A stretch of 63,860 nt of DNA, filler included, from Vezdaea acicularis (lineage: Eukaryota), in assembly GCA_026025075.1 (NCBI GenBank). It is 3 parts of 3 records of this genome, joined end to end, with 100 filler letters (N's around TTAATTAATTAA, not from the genome) between each part and the next. Parts side by side here need not be neighbours in the genome. Positions count along the whole stretch, not along the records: positions 1 to 29,534 come from JAPEUI010000166.1; 2 more parts are not named here. One strand, 5' to 3'. Shown here one piece after another: positions 1-12,810 of the stretch. Position 1 is the stretch's first letter, and the number at the start of each line of letters is the position of its first letter. The notes beneath the pieces were generated by a model. The model searched no databases. It saw only the letters and a program-made list of their open reading frames with translations, and was not told the DNA's origin. A program made the translations under genes and the position numbers.

Positions 1-525
1 TAGATCTTGCTAATTTGAGATGGACCCATAATTCGAAAGCTTCCCCGCATTTTTCGTCCTTTGAATGTCTTGCTCCGAACGGCCAACAGTCTTTGCCATA
101 CTGATCTAGTGTCTCGGCCCGTTCCTGGTATCACAAACGCGGTGCTTGTTTTCGAAACGCGAGCTTCGAGCTAATTCCTTCGCGCCGCTTAAGGCTCCCC
201 TTCCTATTTCGATACGTACTGCCGCAATTCATTCGTAGAGCGATTTAATTGCGGCTGGTGGCAATGACGTTATTTCCTTATATTTGGGGACTCTTAGATA
301 CCGCACTTGTCTGCAAGATGGACTGTGCTTGTATCTTGTCTAGCGCCGAGTCCTGCATATATGAGAAGATCATCTCCAGGTTTCTAGTTCTATAACTTCT
401 TCCTCTCCGTCTTCAAAAGTTCTTTTTGCGGGATAGTAAGGTTTCGAGGAGTTTTTTCGATTTCATTCCAACGAAGAGCGTCTTGGTATCCTTATTTCCT
501 GCCCGCCTTTATTCTGTCTATTGCA

Positions 526-1858
526 ATGCGAGTCCTACAATTGCTAGCGTGTGCCACCCTCCTGGGCCTAGCAAACGCACAAAATGGAACAAATTCTACA
601 ACTACCTACAAAGGCCGGGAGGCCGCTCACTACCGCGAGTACTACTACATTGGTGGCCAATTTATCTCTGATGGCATGGGCGGGCAAACTGTTACGCATC
701 AGATGTACGTTGAAGAGCTTACGCCGGTGGATGGCGTTACACAGCAGTATCCATTGATACTTGTCCATGGAGAGCCATTCTGTGGCGCAGTGAGTCTCAA
801 AATATACCGAGTATTCTTACATTGATGCTGAACGGATTTTAGGTCTGGCTCAACACGCCCGACGGCCGCGAGGGCTGGGCAAGCTATTTCTTGAAACTCG
901 GATACAAAGTCATTCTAGTGGACAGCCCTGGCTCGGCAAGGTCATCGAAACTGAAGTATGAAGGCTCTTTAGATCCATACTCAGTGTCAACAGTTGAAAG
1001 CTATTTCACTCTCAACCGGCATCCAAATTATTGGAGCCAATCGATCAATCACACTCAGTTCCCTGGTGTAAGCTTGATTGCAATTCTACCCTTAAGATTG
1101 TTTCGAAGGCACTCTCTGACATCTGATAACCCAGAATGGAAGCTTCGGTGATCCAGCATTTGATATTGTCTACAAATCGTACCTACAGATCCCTAATCCC
1201 GCGTTATTTAACGTTACGGCTACTGCGGTTGCAAATGCAGGTGCTGCCCTCCTCGAGAAAGTTGGTACCTCGATCATCATTGGCGCTGGCAATGAGAACT
1301 TCGCCTTGGTGATTGCCGAAGCTACCCCAGATAAAGTCAAAGCTGTTGTGCAAGTTGAGCCGGAGGGGCCGCCGTTTGAGCTGTGGACTTCAAACGGTAC
1401 AAATATCACTGGAACGGCTCACATATATGGTTAGTCTGCGTTAACTAGACCGTCGAGCAATTTCCTCAGATCAAGTTTAACAAATCACAGGCATCACTGA
1501 GAAGCCTTTGACTTTCTCCCCGCCGGTCAACAGCCCGCAAGATCTAGTTTACGAGCGAGTTGGTGTAAATTCGGTAGACTTTCGACCGTGTATGCTTCAA
1601 AAGGCGCCAGCAAAGCAGCTCGTCAACCTAGGGAAAGTGCCGGTACTTGTGGTGGCTGGTGCCGCTTCTATCGCGGTCCCATATATCCATTGTACGGTAT
1701 CCTTCCTTGAACAAGCTGGGGTGAATGTCACTTATTACCGTCTCGATCAATTGGGCATATATGGCAACGGGCACTTCCTCTTCGTTGAGCTCAACAATTT
1801 AGTAATTGCGGACAAAGTTCAAGCCTGGTTATCTCAGTTTACTGTTGGGTCAGGATAG
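526..1858 (+). CDS. Secreted alpha/beta-hydrolase-fold protein (4 exons), probably lacking the nucleophile serine
   Basis: Signal-peptide-like N-terminus MRVLQLLACATLLGLANA. Introns 790-842, 1068-1134 and 1430-1490 join the frames. Family motifs QMYVE, VHG, WLNTPDGREGWASYF, EPxGPPF and GNGHF. Confidence 0.8.
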
Positions 1859-2514
1859 CAATCACCGCTGTTGACTTGGAGCCAAAGGGTTTTCGCTTCA
1901 TTGTCTGAGAGTATCGCGGTGGCATTCGCATAGATTTGGAGTTGGAGGAGGCTATCAATCTGGAATTAATCGAAGAAGCAATAATTCACATTGTATAGCA
2001 TCCTACATTTGCAGTCGCAATGAAGCATACTAAATTGTTTTGAGTTTGAGGGCCTCGCGAACTCATTTTCTAGATTCGTTGGAGTGACCCTTTGCGGGAA
2101 CGACCGGCTTGGCAATCGCACTACTCTAGCTTACTCGGCGTTAGTGCCCCTGCCTACGCTTGGCAAGGCTGAAGCGGAACCGCCGAGCCTTGGGCGCGTT
2201 CGAGGCGTAAGGGGACAAACCTCCGCGCACTGCCCTCTTGAGGCAACGGTTTGGATATACTGAACCTCAACTTCTTCATTTGACCTGTAAACTCTTCTCT
2301 TCGTCTGCTTTGAATCCAGTCTTTTGTATCCTACCCTTTTAAAAAGTCCCTCGTTTCCCTGCAGGTTCCCCATTCACCAACCTAGCTTCTGCTTCCTTTG
2401 TCACTCACCTTTCACGTCCACTACACACGTCAACTACATCTGCATTACCCAGACTCCGCGCATGGGACACATCGGCATACCTGGTAGGAATAAATTCGCT
2501 ACGAGTCAGTCGGA

Positions 2515-3613
2515 ATGGTCTCCATGAAGAACCCTTTAGGGTTTCTAAAGAATCGGGAGAGCACCTCAATATCGGGGGATCAGCGACTCAAACTTAGCTA
2601 TTTCCAGAAAGCAAAGACTGTGTTTCATATAATTCAGGGTGTACTGATCTTCGTTGTATGGTGCATGACAATCGCGGTGATTCGCGGTGCAGATACAGAT
2701 GGGCGGACTTCATTTCTCTTTGCTGTGGTAAGGCCTTTCATCACAGTGCATGGGCATTCGAGCTGAAGAAAGTACACAGACCTGGCTGAGCGCACCAGCC
2801 CTTATATATCTTACAATGGTGCCAAGATGGGCACGCGTGCAGAAATTCTCCAATGCGTACGCTTATGCTGCTGTTGATGCACTGTTCACCGTATGATCCA
2901 ACTACGACGTATTAGCTCGACGATGCCGCTGACATCCTCATAGATACTATGGTTCTGTGCTTTCATTGCGGTTGCGACCTGGAATAGTCACGCTAAGCAT
3001 CAAGGAGCGAAGGACAAGCACAAGGACCCAGACAGCGCAGACTGCTCGACTTTTGCATTTGGATCCGAATCAACATGTAACGTCAGTATGGCATCTGTGG
3101 ACGTTGCAATATTTGTATTGTAAGCTCCCCCCTCGGTTGACCGAAGGCTCCATTTTGTGTCTGCTAATCTTTACCGTCAGCATATTTTTTGGCTTGACCA
3201 CCGCCATGTCAGTCTACGGTGTCATCTACTATCGTAAGAACGGTTTGCTACCGGGTGCTAGACCTGCTGTTTCCGCCCCCTCCTCGATAGAAGCGCAAAC
3301 CCAAGATGCTTTCGATGCGGGGCCAACCGACGACTATGCGCCTTTACATTCGACAGAAGGTGAATATGGTCACCCTGGCCGGAAAGTTAGTTGGGGTAGA
3401 GATGATCCCGAGGCTCAAGATGACGAAGAGACCAGCTATAATACGAACTATAATGGTCGGCGCTATAACAACCATGAAGGTGATGGCGGCGATCCTTTTC
3501 GGGACGAGATGGGAAGACATAGCCCGTACGGAGAGGGTGGGATTGGTGGCCATATTGATCATGATGCGGACTATTCATATGCGGGCGCGGAAGGGAGGCG
3601 TACATATGGTTGA
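2515..3613 (+). CDS. MARVEL-like multi-pass membrane protein with disordered C-terminal tail (4 exons)
   Basis: About four hydrophobic segments spread over exons separated by three GT-AG introns, then a charged Gly/Asp/Tyr-rich tail ending at TGA 3611-3613. Start is ATG 2515 or 2524. Confidence 0.65.
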
Positions 3614-4057
3614 GAGTAGGGCTTATTGGTATTGACAGGCATTGTGTTTATAGACATGGCGAAAAGGTCTCCTTCATGTTTGCATCATAGCGTCTCCTGA
3701 GCATTTGCGATATCTTTTACAGTAGGTCTGTAGGGATAAACTTGGGGAGTTTGCTTCACCGCACCATCTTGAAGTAATTCGAACAATATATGAGGGTTCT
3801 TGGGTGTAGGATGCAATCACCGTTGGCCTTCTAAAGCCAAGCCGGCGCGCCTCGGCACAAGTAGTGCGGAACCCAACCCCGCAATGTACCCCACATTCTA
3901 ATATGCTTCTGCGCTACTTACAGGAGCCACACTCCGTAACGTCATACTAGACGCCATGAGGTTGGAACGCTAGAAGGGTATCTTGCGAGCACTTCTAAGC
4001 AGAAGTGGATTCTCATTGCGGTCCTGTGTTATATGCCATTTGTTTCTTGAGCCAGCC

Positions 4058-5353
4058 ATGTCATCCAAGCCTACCAACGTAGCCGTCATTGGGTATGGGC
4101 TCTCCGCTAAAGTCTTTCATATTCCCCTCATATTATCAATCCCTTCATATAAACTCCATGGGATCGTCCAACGGCATCCCAAACCGGAGGATGATGCCGA
4201 GAAGGATCATTCAGGTGTGATAGGGTACAGATCGGTTGAAGAGATGGTAAAAGATGCGAGTGTAGATTTGGTGATTGTTACGACAATCCCCGAGACTCAT
4301 GTAGAGTTGACAAAATTGGCACTGAATGCTGGAAAGCATGGTAACCTGGATCTATGCTATCTGCCCGACCGAGCCGTAATAATTAGAGCGTAGTCGTTGT
4401 CGAGAAGCCCTTTACCCCGACCGCATTAGAAGCCGATGAGCTCATCTCCCTGGCGAAGGAGAAGGGGCGTCTCATAACAGTCTATCAAAGTTAGACAGCG
4501 AGCATGATGGTCTATACATCGCTGATAAGTTTTGTCTAGATCGTCGCTGGGACTCAGACTTCCTGACCCTATCTGCCTTGATCAAGCAGGGCACTCTCGG
4601 TCGGATCGTTGAGTTTGAGACCCACTTTGACCGACACCGCCCAGGTCAACCTCCCGCAACATGGAAGGCAAAACCCGTCCCTTCCAGCGGTGCAATCTAT
4701 GATCTTGGAACGCATTTGATAGACCAAGTCATTCACACCTTTGGAATACCCAAGCGGGTAACTGGTTTCGTAGGATCGCAGCGAGCCAATGCTCCAGAAG
4801 GCACAGAAGACTCCTGTACGGTTCTACTTCACTATAAGGATGGCATGATGGCAACCGTCAAGGCTGGGGTAGTGAGTTGCGAGGTGGAGCAGCTTAGGTA
4901 CTGGATTCGGGGCGAGAAGGGGAGCTTTAAGAAGGTTTGCGCTCGCACCAACCCTTTTTGGTCTGTAATGGTATTGATGTGAGCTTAGTTTCACCTAGAT
5001 TGCCAAGAAGACCAGTTGAGGTCGGGTATGAAGCCCACAGATTCAGGGTTTGCCGTGGAACCAGAATCCAATTATGGTATGAAGGTGGCCCTGCAACCCG
5101 AACGTGCTCCTGATCATTAACTTCTTTAGGAAATTTGACCACTATGCACGGGGATACACCGAGAAGGGATATATTACCCACCGTGAAACCAGCGACCTAT
5201 CTTGAGTACTATCATATCCTCTCAAGAGCATTGGCCGGTGAAGGTGATGTACCTGTCAAAGCTGAGGACGCTAGGGATCTGATCCAACTGATCGAGCTGG
5301 CGAGGGAAAGCTCGAGATTAGGAAAGACTTTGGATGTTAGCAACCACGCGTGA
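4058..5353 (+). CDS. Gfo/Idh/MocA family NAD(P)-dependent oxidoreductase (5 exons)
   Basis: Rossmann-type NVAVIGYGLSAKVFH, spliced GKHVVVEKPF, YQNRRWDSDF and GAIYDLGTHLIDQ. Four GT-AG introns. Confidence 0.9.
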
Positions 5354-7517
5354 TACATCGTCTCCTATCAAAGTAGATAAGAACGTGAAAGGCCCAACTT
5401 AGGATCTTGTTTCTCGTCGAGCTACAAAATGAAAGCAAGTACAATCAATCTCTCAAAGGCCCGACTGAAACCACCTGTAAAGTAGAAGTCTCGGAAGTGA
5501 ACAAGAAGCTTACCTCTCGCTGGAGGTCCTAGAGATATTAGCTCTATCGTGACATAATGCGATGCATCAGGGTAGCGGGGCCGTCGTGGGGGGTGCCTTT
5601 CGACTCAGATATTGGCATCCCAATGCCTGACTTGCAAATTCTATCCCCATTTTAAATTTCAGCAACTATATTGTTGTCCTTAATCGCCAGATAAGTCGTT
5701 CAATCCAGTGAGTGTGCATTTCACGGTGGTCCAGACGCGTCAACCTCTGTCGATACTCGCACTTTGCATTCGGCGAACGATGTTTATTTAAGCCATAGCC
5801 TGACAGGAGGCGTCGAATTTTGCTGCAAAACCCCTTAACGCTTTCACAAGCAGGTTCGAACTTCTCTTTAGTAAATGCGAGTTTTCACTTGAGAGGATCT
5901 AGCAGCTTTGGGGCACATTGATGTGCCCACACGATCTACGGTTCATTCCGCTGCCCAGTATCAAATCAATCCGATATTTTCAGAACAACATTGAGTCTTG
6001 ACGTGATGGCAGGCTACCAGCCTTTGTAAAGCGATAAGGCGATGCGCTTTCACTCGACATAATAAGAACGTCGTTCGATTGCTACGATTGTGCAACTGCA
6101 AGCCAAAAGAGGTAGACGATCACCACCAGCTCGCGGGATTTTTAATTTCGTAACCAACCGAATATTGCGTCATCAAAAATCGGAAAAATACAGAGAGGTG
6201 TATGTTCACCCGAAACAAATTGCCCGAAAATTACCGGTGACATTTACGCAATTTCTTTGTTAAAAGCGACGGCGCATTTCCTGCATGAGGAGGTGCATGC
6301 ACCAAACATGACCAGACAAAGGGTGGAGCGAGGCGAAGAAAAGTAGGGGGCTCCGACGAGACAACAAACCAAAAGGTTTCTGCGCCAATGTCACCTGGCA
6401 GACTGTAGAAACAACGCCTTGTAAATTATTTCACAGGAAAACATTGTGAGCAATCCGTCTCCTCAGGTTTCTGCTGGAAAGGGGAGGCTCTGCTTCGAAA
6501 GGGGATGTGGTTGAAAGACCTGACGTTGGTCGTGACTATCGCTCTATCGGAGTTGAGCAATCATTAGCCATGGTAAGCTCAACACTTTTCGCATAGCGAA
6601 TAACGTGGCCGCGGTCTAAATCTCTCATGTCCACGGCGTCAGGACAGGAGGTCAACGCCAACATCAACTACTTTCCTTGCTTGGGACCAGATAGTGGACG
6701 AATGGGGGGCGGTCGAGGTCATGCCAGTGGCGTGCTAAGCATTTTTAAGCGACGCCACAGGTGTGGTGTGAAGGCATCGAGGACCGCAGTTCCCCTGGCA
6801 GAAAGGGGCGCTAGCCGTGGGCGCTAGCAGTGGCAGACGCCAAAGCGGCATAGCCGACGTGCGCACCAGCGATGACCTTGATCTTGATGCTGTGGCAAGG
6901 CCCAGCAACGGAGCGCACGGTCCGCGCGCTGCCCTGTTCCGGACAAAGTACACATACACGCATGAGGGGCCATGGCTACGGCTGCTCCGCTAAGAGGTCG
7001 CGTCCGATTCCCGCACACTTCCATCGTCTGCATTTCAGCCTCAAACATACAATGCCAAGATACCTCGATAAGTTTTCAAATCACAACTACATGTCAAATC
7101 GTGGTGCTGAAAGGGCGGAAAGCTCGAGTTCGAATTCTTGGCTGGACAGCATGAGCCCGGATCCCTTGTACACGTACCAGCTACTGGTGCGCATTCCCTT
7201 CCTGGCGCTGCGTGGCGCCACAGTGCGCCGCCCCTTCCCTTGCCTCCCCTGTCGGTGTGAAGGGCCCCACATTGCCCGTGGCAGCAATCTAACCTGGGCA
7301 GGTGCGACAGGGGAGGTGTGACGGGAGGAAGGCGTGCAAGGGACAGGCCAAGACGTGACGGGAAAGGGCCAGGGGAGAAGAAGGCGATAGCGAGATGACA
7401 ACTGGAACGGCATTTCCTCAACGGGCGTGGCCGATCCGTTTAGCGCGCGACGCCAGACCAACTTTTTGGGCTGGCCCACCCGTTCCACGGGCTATCGACA
7501 ATCTGTCACCCACACAA

Positions 7518-7635
7518 CCGTCATCGTCCGCCATCGTCGTCCACCATCGTCGTCCACCATCGTCCGCCCTTGTCCGCCATGGCCAGCCATCGTCTGCCAT
7601 CGTTGGCCTCCGTCTCCTATCGTCTGCCGTCGTCG
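7518..7635. repeat. Degenerate ~10-13 nt tandem repeat (CCATCGTC-based)
   Basis: Repeated ccatcgtccg / ccatcgtcgtcca / ccatcgtctg units. Confidence 0.6.
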
Positions 7636-8438
7636 GTGAGGAAGAGGCGCCCTCGTGCTTGGAGCTTGCCTCGCTTGCCGCTCTCGATGACGTAGATCGA
7701 TATTGCAGATATCCCTTGTTGGGAATGAAGCTGCGTTCCACTGGCCCGCATGGCGAACAGCCTCAACCGTTACCAGGTGATCCCAAGGACATCGTCGGGA
7801 TTCTCCTCGGCTCCCCCATTTCCAGAGGCTCTCGACAAGCTGCGACCACATCACGACATTGCCACGGTCTCCGTCCTTGCTGGACGATCACTTCCCGGCT
7901 CTCTCTTAGTTGGGCCCAGATGTGTCGATGGGCTGAGCAGCTTTTCCCAACTGAGCGACCCAGTCCGGCTGGAGTAGTCCCTTCACCATCCCAGTTGCGC
8001 GGGAAATATAATTTGGCAACGTCTGGAGGGGCGCTTGCTGCTTCCGGCTATGGGGCAAAGGGGTGGCCCGTTGGCTTGATGGGTCGTTGTCGAAGCTATG
8101 GGCCAATCGCACACCAAGAAAGAAGCCATGCTCTTTCGCGCTTTTCTTTATTGTCTTTTCCAGAACCCCATCTTCTGGATTTTGACTAGCTCTGATTTCT
8201 GGCTAGCCTCATAGCCCTTGACTATGAATAGGATGGGGACTTCAGAGGGGAGGAAGGGGAAAGGTGTAAGACGTACGGTCTAGCCCGGAGTTCCCTCCCT
8301 TGATCTTGCTACCGCGCCCTTGGAGGAAGGAAGTGGAAAGCTGTGCGACATCGACTCGATGTCAATATATTTTCTTGCGTTTTCCTCCTCATCCACTGTC
8401 AACCGGCTTAAGGCTTTCGGAGTTGTCGCTTGCCCATC

Positions 8439-11400
8439 ATGAGCCGCAAGTCGTGGTTTGCCCTGAAGACGGGCAAGCACAATGAGCCAAACAGGATGTC
8501 GATGCCGGTGAGAATAGAGATGTCCCAAGCACCCTCAACGCTTGTGAGCACCAAGGCGAGTAGCATCAACTCATCGCGTGTGTCATTGTATCCGGACGGG
8601 GATTTCCGAAACTACGAAGACGATCACATCCTGGAGATTAGAGTGAATATGATGGCGACATATATTTACCAAGACATGATCGAGAAGATGTGGGCACATA
8701 AGCTTCCTGGCGAGGGTGTCGTGATCAAGAAGCGACGAGGGGAGTTTGTGTGCTGTCCAAAGGACTTGCAATCTGAGAAGGACGGGCTCTTTGCGGCCGT
8801 GAAAGCCTTGAACGTTCGGGTAAGATGCACCAGGCGCCGTCATCAAGTCCCATACGTCTTGGATGAGCTAACGAAGGCTTTGTAGTGCGCTATGACAGTC
8901 AACACCCATATGATTAATATATTTACGAGTCGACTCGATGTGGATTCCATCCCTTTATCAAAGAACCTGCGGATACAAGTCTTACCGACAATCCAAGACT
9001 TGGCATGCGCTCAGAAACATCACTATGCGGCCTTTATAACTGACCCGGGCTTTCTCGTTGTTTGGGATGACTCTCCAGATGCTATCCTTAAAAGGGCAGC
9101 AGACCTCGAACAGAAGCTATTACTGACGGTTTGGAACGAAGACCACGGGGAGAGTACAGAGAAGTCTAAAGAAGCCGTCTCCTCTACGGTCACTGAGATA
9201 AAAAACTACGACGACGAAAAGGCGAAAGAGTTGCCACGATCTACGAGGCTCAATGATGCTGTTATGGTTGGGCTTTCGCTCTGCTTACTTCTCGCCGCAA
9301 TTGCAGCTGGCTACTCCAGGATAGCCAAGGAGATTGCTGTTGACAAAAGCTTTATTCGAGTAGCGCTAGTGCTATATGCACCTATTACTGCTTTCCTTGC
9401 CTTGGTGAGTCCTCGATCTTATTCTGCTGGTAACGTCCACTGCTTGTGGAAAAACTGACGTCTTGGGTAAAGTTCTTCATGCAAGTGATTGTCGTACACG
9501 TTGCCGAGATATTCGGCCCCATCGGTCATCTCTATACCAATTCTAAGACTTATTCGGCGGTGCGAAGCCCACGTCTTCAGCGGAATCATGGCTGTCTGCC
9601 ACACATGACTATCCAATGTCCTGTGTATCTAGAAGACCTCGAATCGGTCATCAAACCAACCGTTTTCTCTCTTAAGGCTGCCATTTCCACTTACGAGATG
9701 CAAGGCGGGACAGCAAACATCTTTATGAATGACGATGGAATGCAGCTTCTCACCGATGAGCAGGCGCAAGCTCGCCAAGACTTCTATGCTGAACATAATA
9801 TTGGATGGGTAGCTCGTCCACGGCATAACCCCAATCCTGCAGAAGGCGAAGCGGTCTTCGTTAGAAGAGGAAAATTCAAGAAGGTCAGTTATTTTCTTTG
9901 AGTATGCTACTATTTATTGGTGATGGTGCGGAGCGTGTGGAGAGGAGCTTGGAAGAGCGGTATATCTTGGGATATTCGCATCGCACTTTTAGAAGACCTG
10001 TCCCACCAACACGCCCCGGGGAAATGGAGAGCTCCAGATAGGAAGAAATGACGCACTAACGTGTCTATCAGGCTTCGAATATGAACTATGCTTTGATGAT
10101 TAGTCTCAAGGTGGAGGAGAAGCTCGAGAGAATTCATAGGCCTGCCAACTGGTCCAATGATCAAGAATCTCTGGCGTATGAACAGTGCTTACAAGCAGTC
10201 CTCATAGCTGAAGGTGGGCGAGCTTGGGCTGACGGGAATATTCGTATCGGCGACTACATCTTGTTGGTAGACAGCGACACACGGGTCCCCCTCGATTGCT
10301 TTCTTGATGCAGCCAGTGAAATGGAGGCATCCCCGGACGTGGCAATCCTTCAGTATACGTCGGGCGTGATGCAAGTTGCGAATGACTTTTTTGAGAACGG
10401 CATCACATTCTTCACTAACCTTGTCTACACGGCCATCAAATTTGGCGTCGCCAATGGAGGTCCATGCCCCTTTGTTGGACATAATGCCGTCCTTCGCTGG
10501 TCGGCATTGCAAGAGATTGTGTATCAAGACGAAGATGGATATGATAAATTCTGGTCAGAGAGTCATGTGTCCGAAGATTTCGAGATCGCCTTGAAATTGC
10601 AATGTCTTGGGTACACTATTCGTCTCGGCACATACCATGGCGATGGCTTCAAGGAGGGTGTCTCCCTCACCGTATATGACGAAGTCGCACGATGGGAGAA
10701 ATATGCCTATGGATGCAACGAACTTCTGTTTCATCCCTTACGATATTGGTTAACCCGGGGCCCTTTCACTCCGTTGTTTAGGAAATTCATAGGATCCAAC
10801 ATCCACTATACTGCCAAAATCACAATTATGGGATACATTGGCACGTACTACGCCATTGGAACGTCCTGGGTACTCACTTTCATGAATTATTTCCTAATCG
10901 GGTGGTTTGCGCCAAGTCTAGACCATTTCTACTTGGACTCCTTCAAGATCTATGTCTCTCTCGTGGTCGTATTCAATCTATTGGGCAATATTGCCCTTGC
11001 GGTCTTGCGGTATCGCCTCAAAGAGCAATCTCTCTTTCATGGTCGTGAGTACTTCATTCCATAACTCTTTTCGATCACTTCGACAAGTTTGCTAATTCCT
11101 TTGACTAGTGATTGAAAACTTCAAATGGGTACCTATGATGACCATCTTCTTCGGCGGCATCTCCATCCATGTTTCGAGCGCACTGCTGTCACACATGTTC
11201 AGTGTCCCCATATCCTGGAGCGCCACCGCGAAAGAAGTCAAGGAATCTTCCTTCTTTGAAGAAATCCCGAAGATTTTTACCAAATTCAAATTCACCTTTG
11301 TATATTGCGCCATTTGTATCGCAGCTATGCTGGTCTGCGCTGTTGGGCCATTGCCGTACGCCTGGCACATTTCCGACCTTGTCAGCTGTTACCCGCTCTC

Positions 11401-11470
11401 AGTAATTGTCGTCTGTCACTTCCTGCTACCTACGGCGTTAAATCCGGCTCTAATGAAATTTTCTTGGTAA
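8439..11470 (+). CDS. Membrane-bound glycosyltransferase family 2 protein (5 exons)
   Basis: Motifs IQCPVYLE, NDDG, KFKKASNMN (spliced), LVDSD (DxD), SEDF and EVARW (QxxRW-like), with several C-terminal TM helices. Four introns. Start codon tentative. Confidence 0.88.
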
Positions 11471-12810
11471 TGGATACATCTCATCCATCAGCTGTGAAAT
11501 CTGCATCCCCACCATCACTCACCCGTAATGCGATCGCACCATCACTCGACGGACATCTCCTTCGGTAAATCTCAGCATCAACATTGCTAGTTATTTTTTG
11601 TGTATCAGCATATAGACGTCTCTCTCGTCGCATATATTCCATTCGCGGTGACAGAATTTTCTGGCGTTTTTCAGACTGGGGGTCAGTCTGTACGACTAGT
11701 CCAAGGCAATTTCATATGCCTCTACTTTGTCTCATAGAAAGCGATCTCGTTTAAGGAGAGATTGTTACGTCCGATGGACTGCGACGCTCCCGCGCCCCTT
11801 GAGGCTGCAGCATTAATTGCTCTCGATCGGTCGACACTGCCACATCAGAATTTGGGCAGGCGGTCATTAAGCGCCAAATAAAGGTCGGCATTGCTCGACC
11901 TGTGAATAATGATAGCGCAACACTAGCACTGGAGTCGAGGGAGTTAGGGGTAATTAATGAGCTCTTGAATATTCGATTGGACGATTTTAGGTCAAATTGG
12001 AGTAGTTAATTGTGACAGACTCAACGAGTCTGGAAGATCCTCGATGCTCAGCCGTAATAGCTTTCGTAGCTTTAATAGAATAGAATTAAGTGGAGGCCTA
12101 GAGGACCAAACTCGGCCCTGCTCATAAAGAACATCAAGGTACCAACTTATTCCATGTAATCTTCCGTTTCCTGCCTGCGAACCCTTAGTTGAAGAACCCC
12201 CCCCCTTTTGGTCCATCTACGTCTCTTGATCATTATCACGGTCAAAGTCAATAAAGATCTGAATTGACTATCCCAGCTCTTTTTTGACATCAAGCCTCAC
12301 AGTACCGTGGTCCCACGCAACTCATTGATAGCCGACGTTGCCCCAGGTAAGCAATGGCCAAGGAGCTAGAACAACGAGAAGCGCAGAGAAAAACTTCCTT
12401 CCTTACGGGGGGAACGATTTTAGGGAAAGAGCGATGGAAAAGATGATGAGGCGCATTCTGCTTTCCCTGAAGCGAGGGGCTTTGCTCGTGCAATTCGCAC
12501 AAGGTGCTGGCCGAAGCGAGAACGAAAAAGGCTGAACACAAATTTTCTGTGGCCTTGGAAAAGGCACACAAATAGTGCTTGGGAGATACGACTCAGCGTA
12601 GACTCCTCCACTCTTTCAAGTAATTGCGGGCAGTTCTTTGTCTGGCCCCTAGGACTCCACTGATTATCCGATTCTTCGGGCAACCGCAAATCTTTTGGTA
12701 AAGCGCTTTCATTATCGATAAGCCCTCGGCTGCCCCGCCACTCGATTCGTGATTCTCTGCATTATCTCAACGCCTCACCTCATTACTTACCCTAAACTAC
12801 GTCAGGCAAG

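Noticed and set aside
6600..8200. Telomerase RNA candidate or 264-aa protein
   Set aside because: No complete TAACCCTAA template (only CTAACC); the ORFs are low-complexity products of GC-rich repeats.
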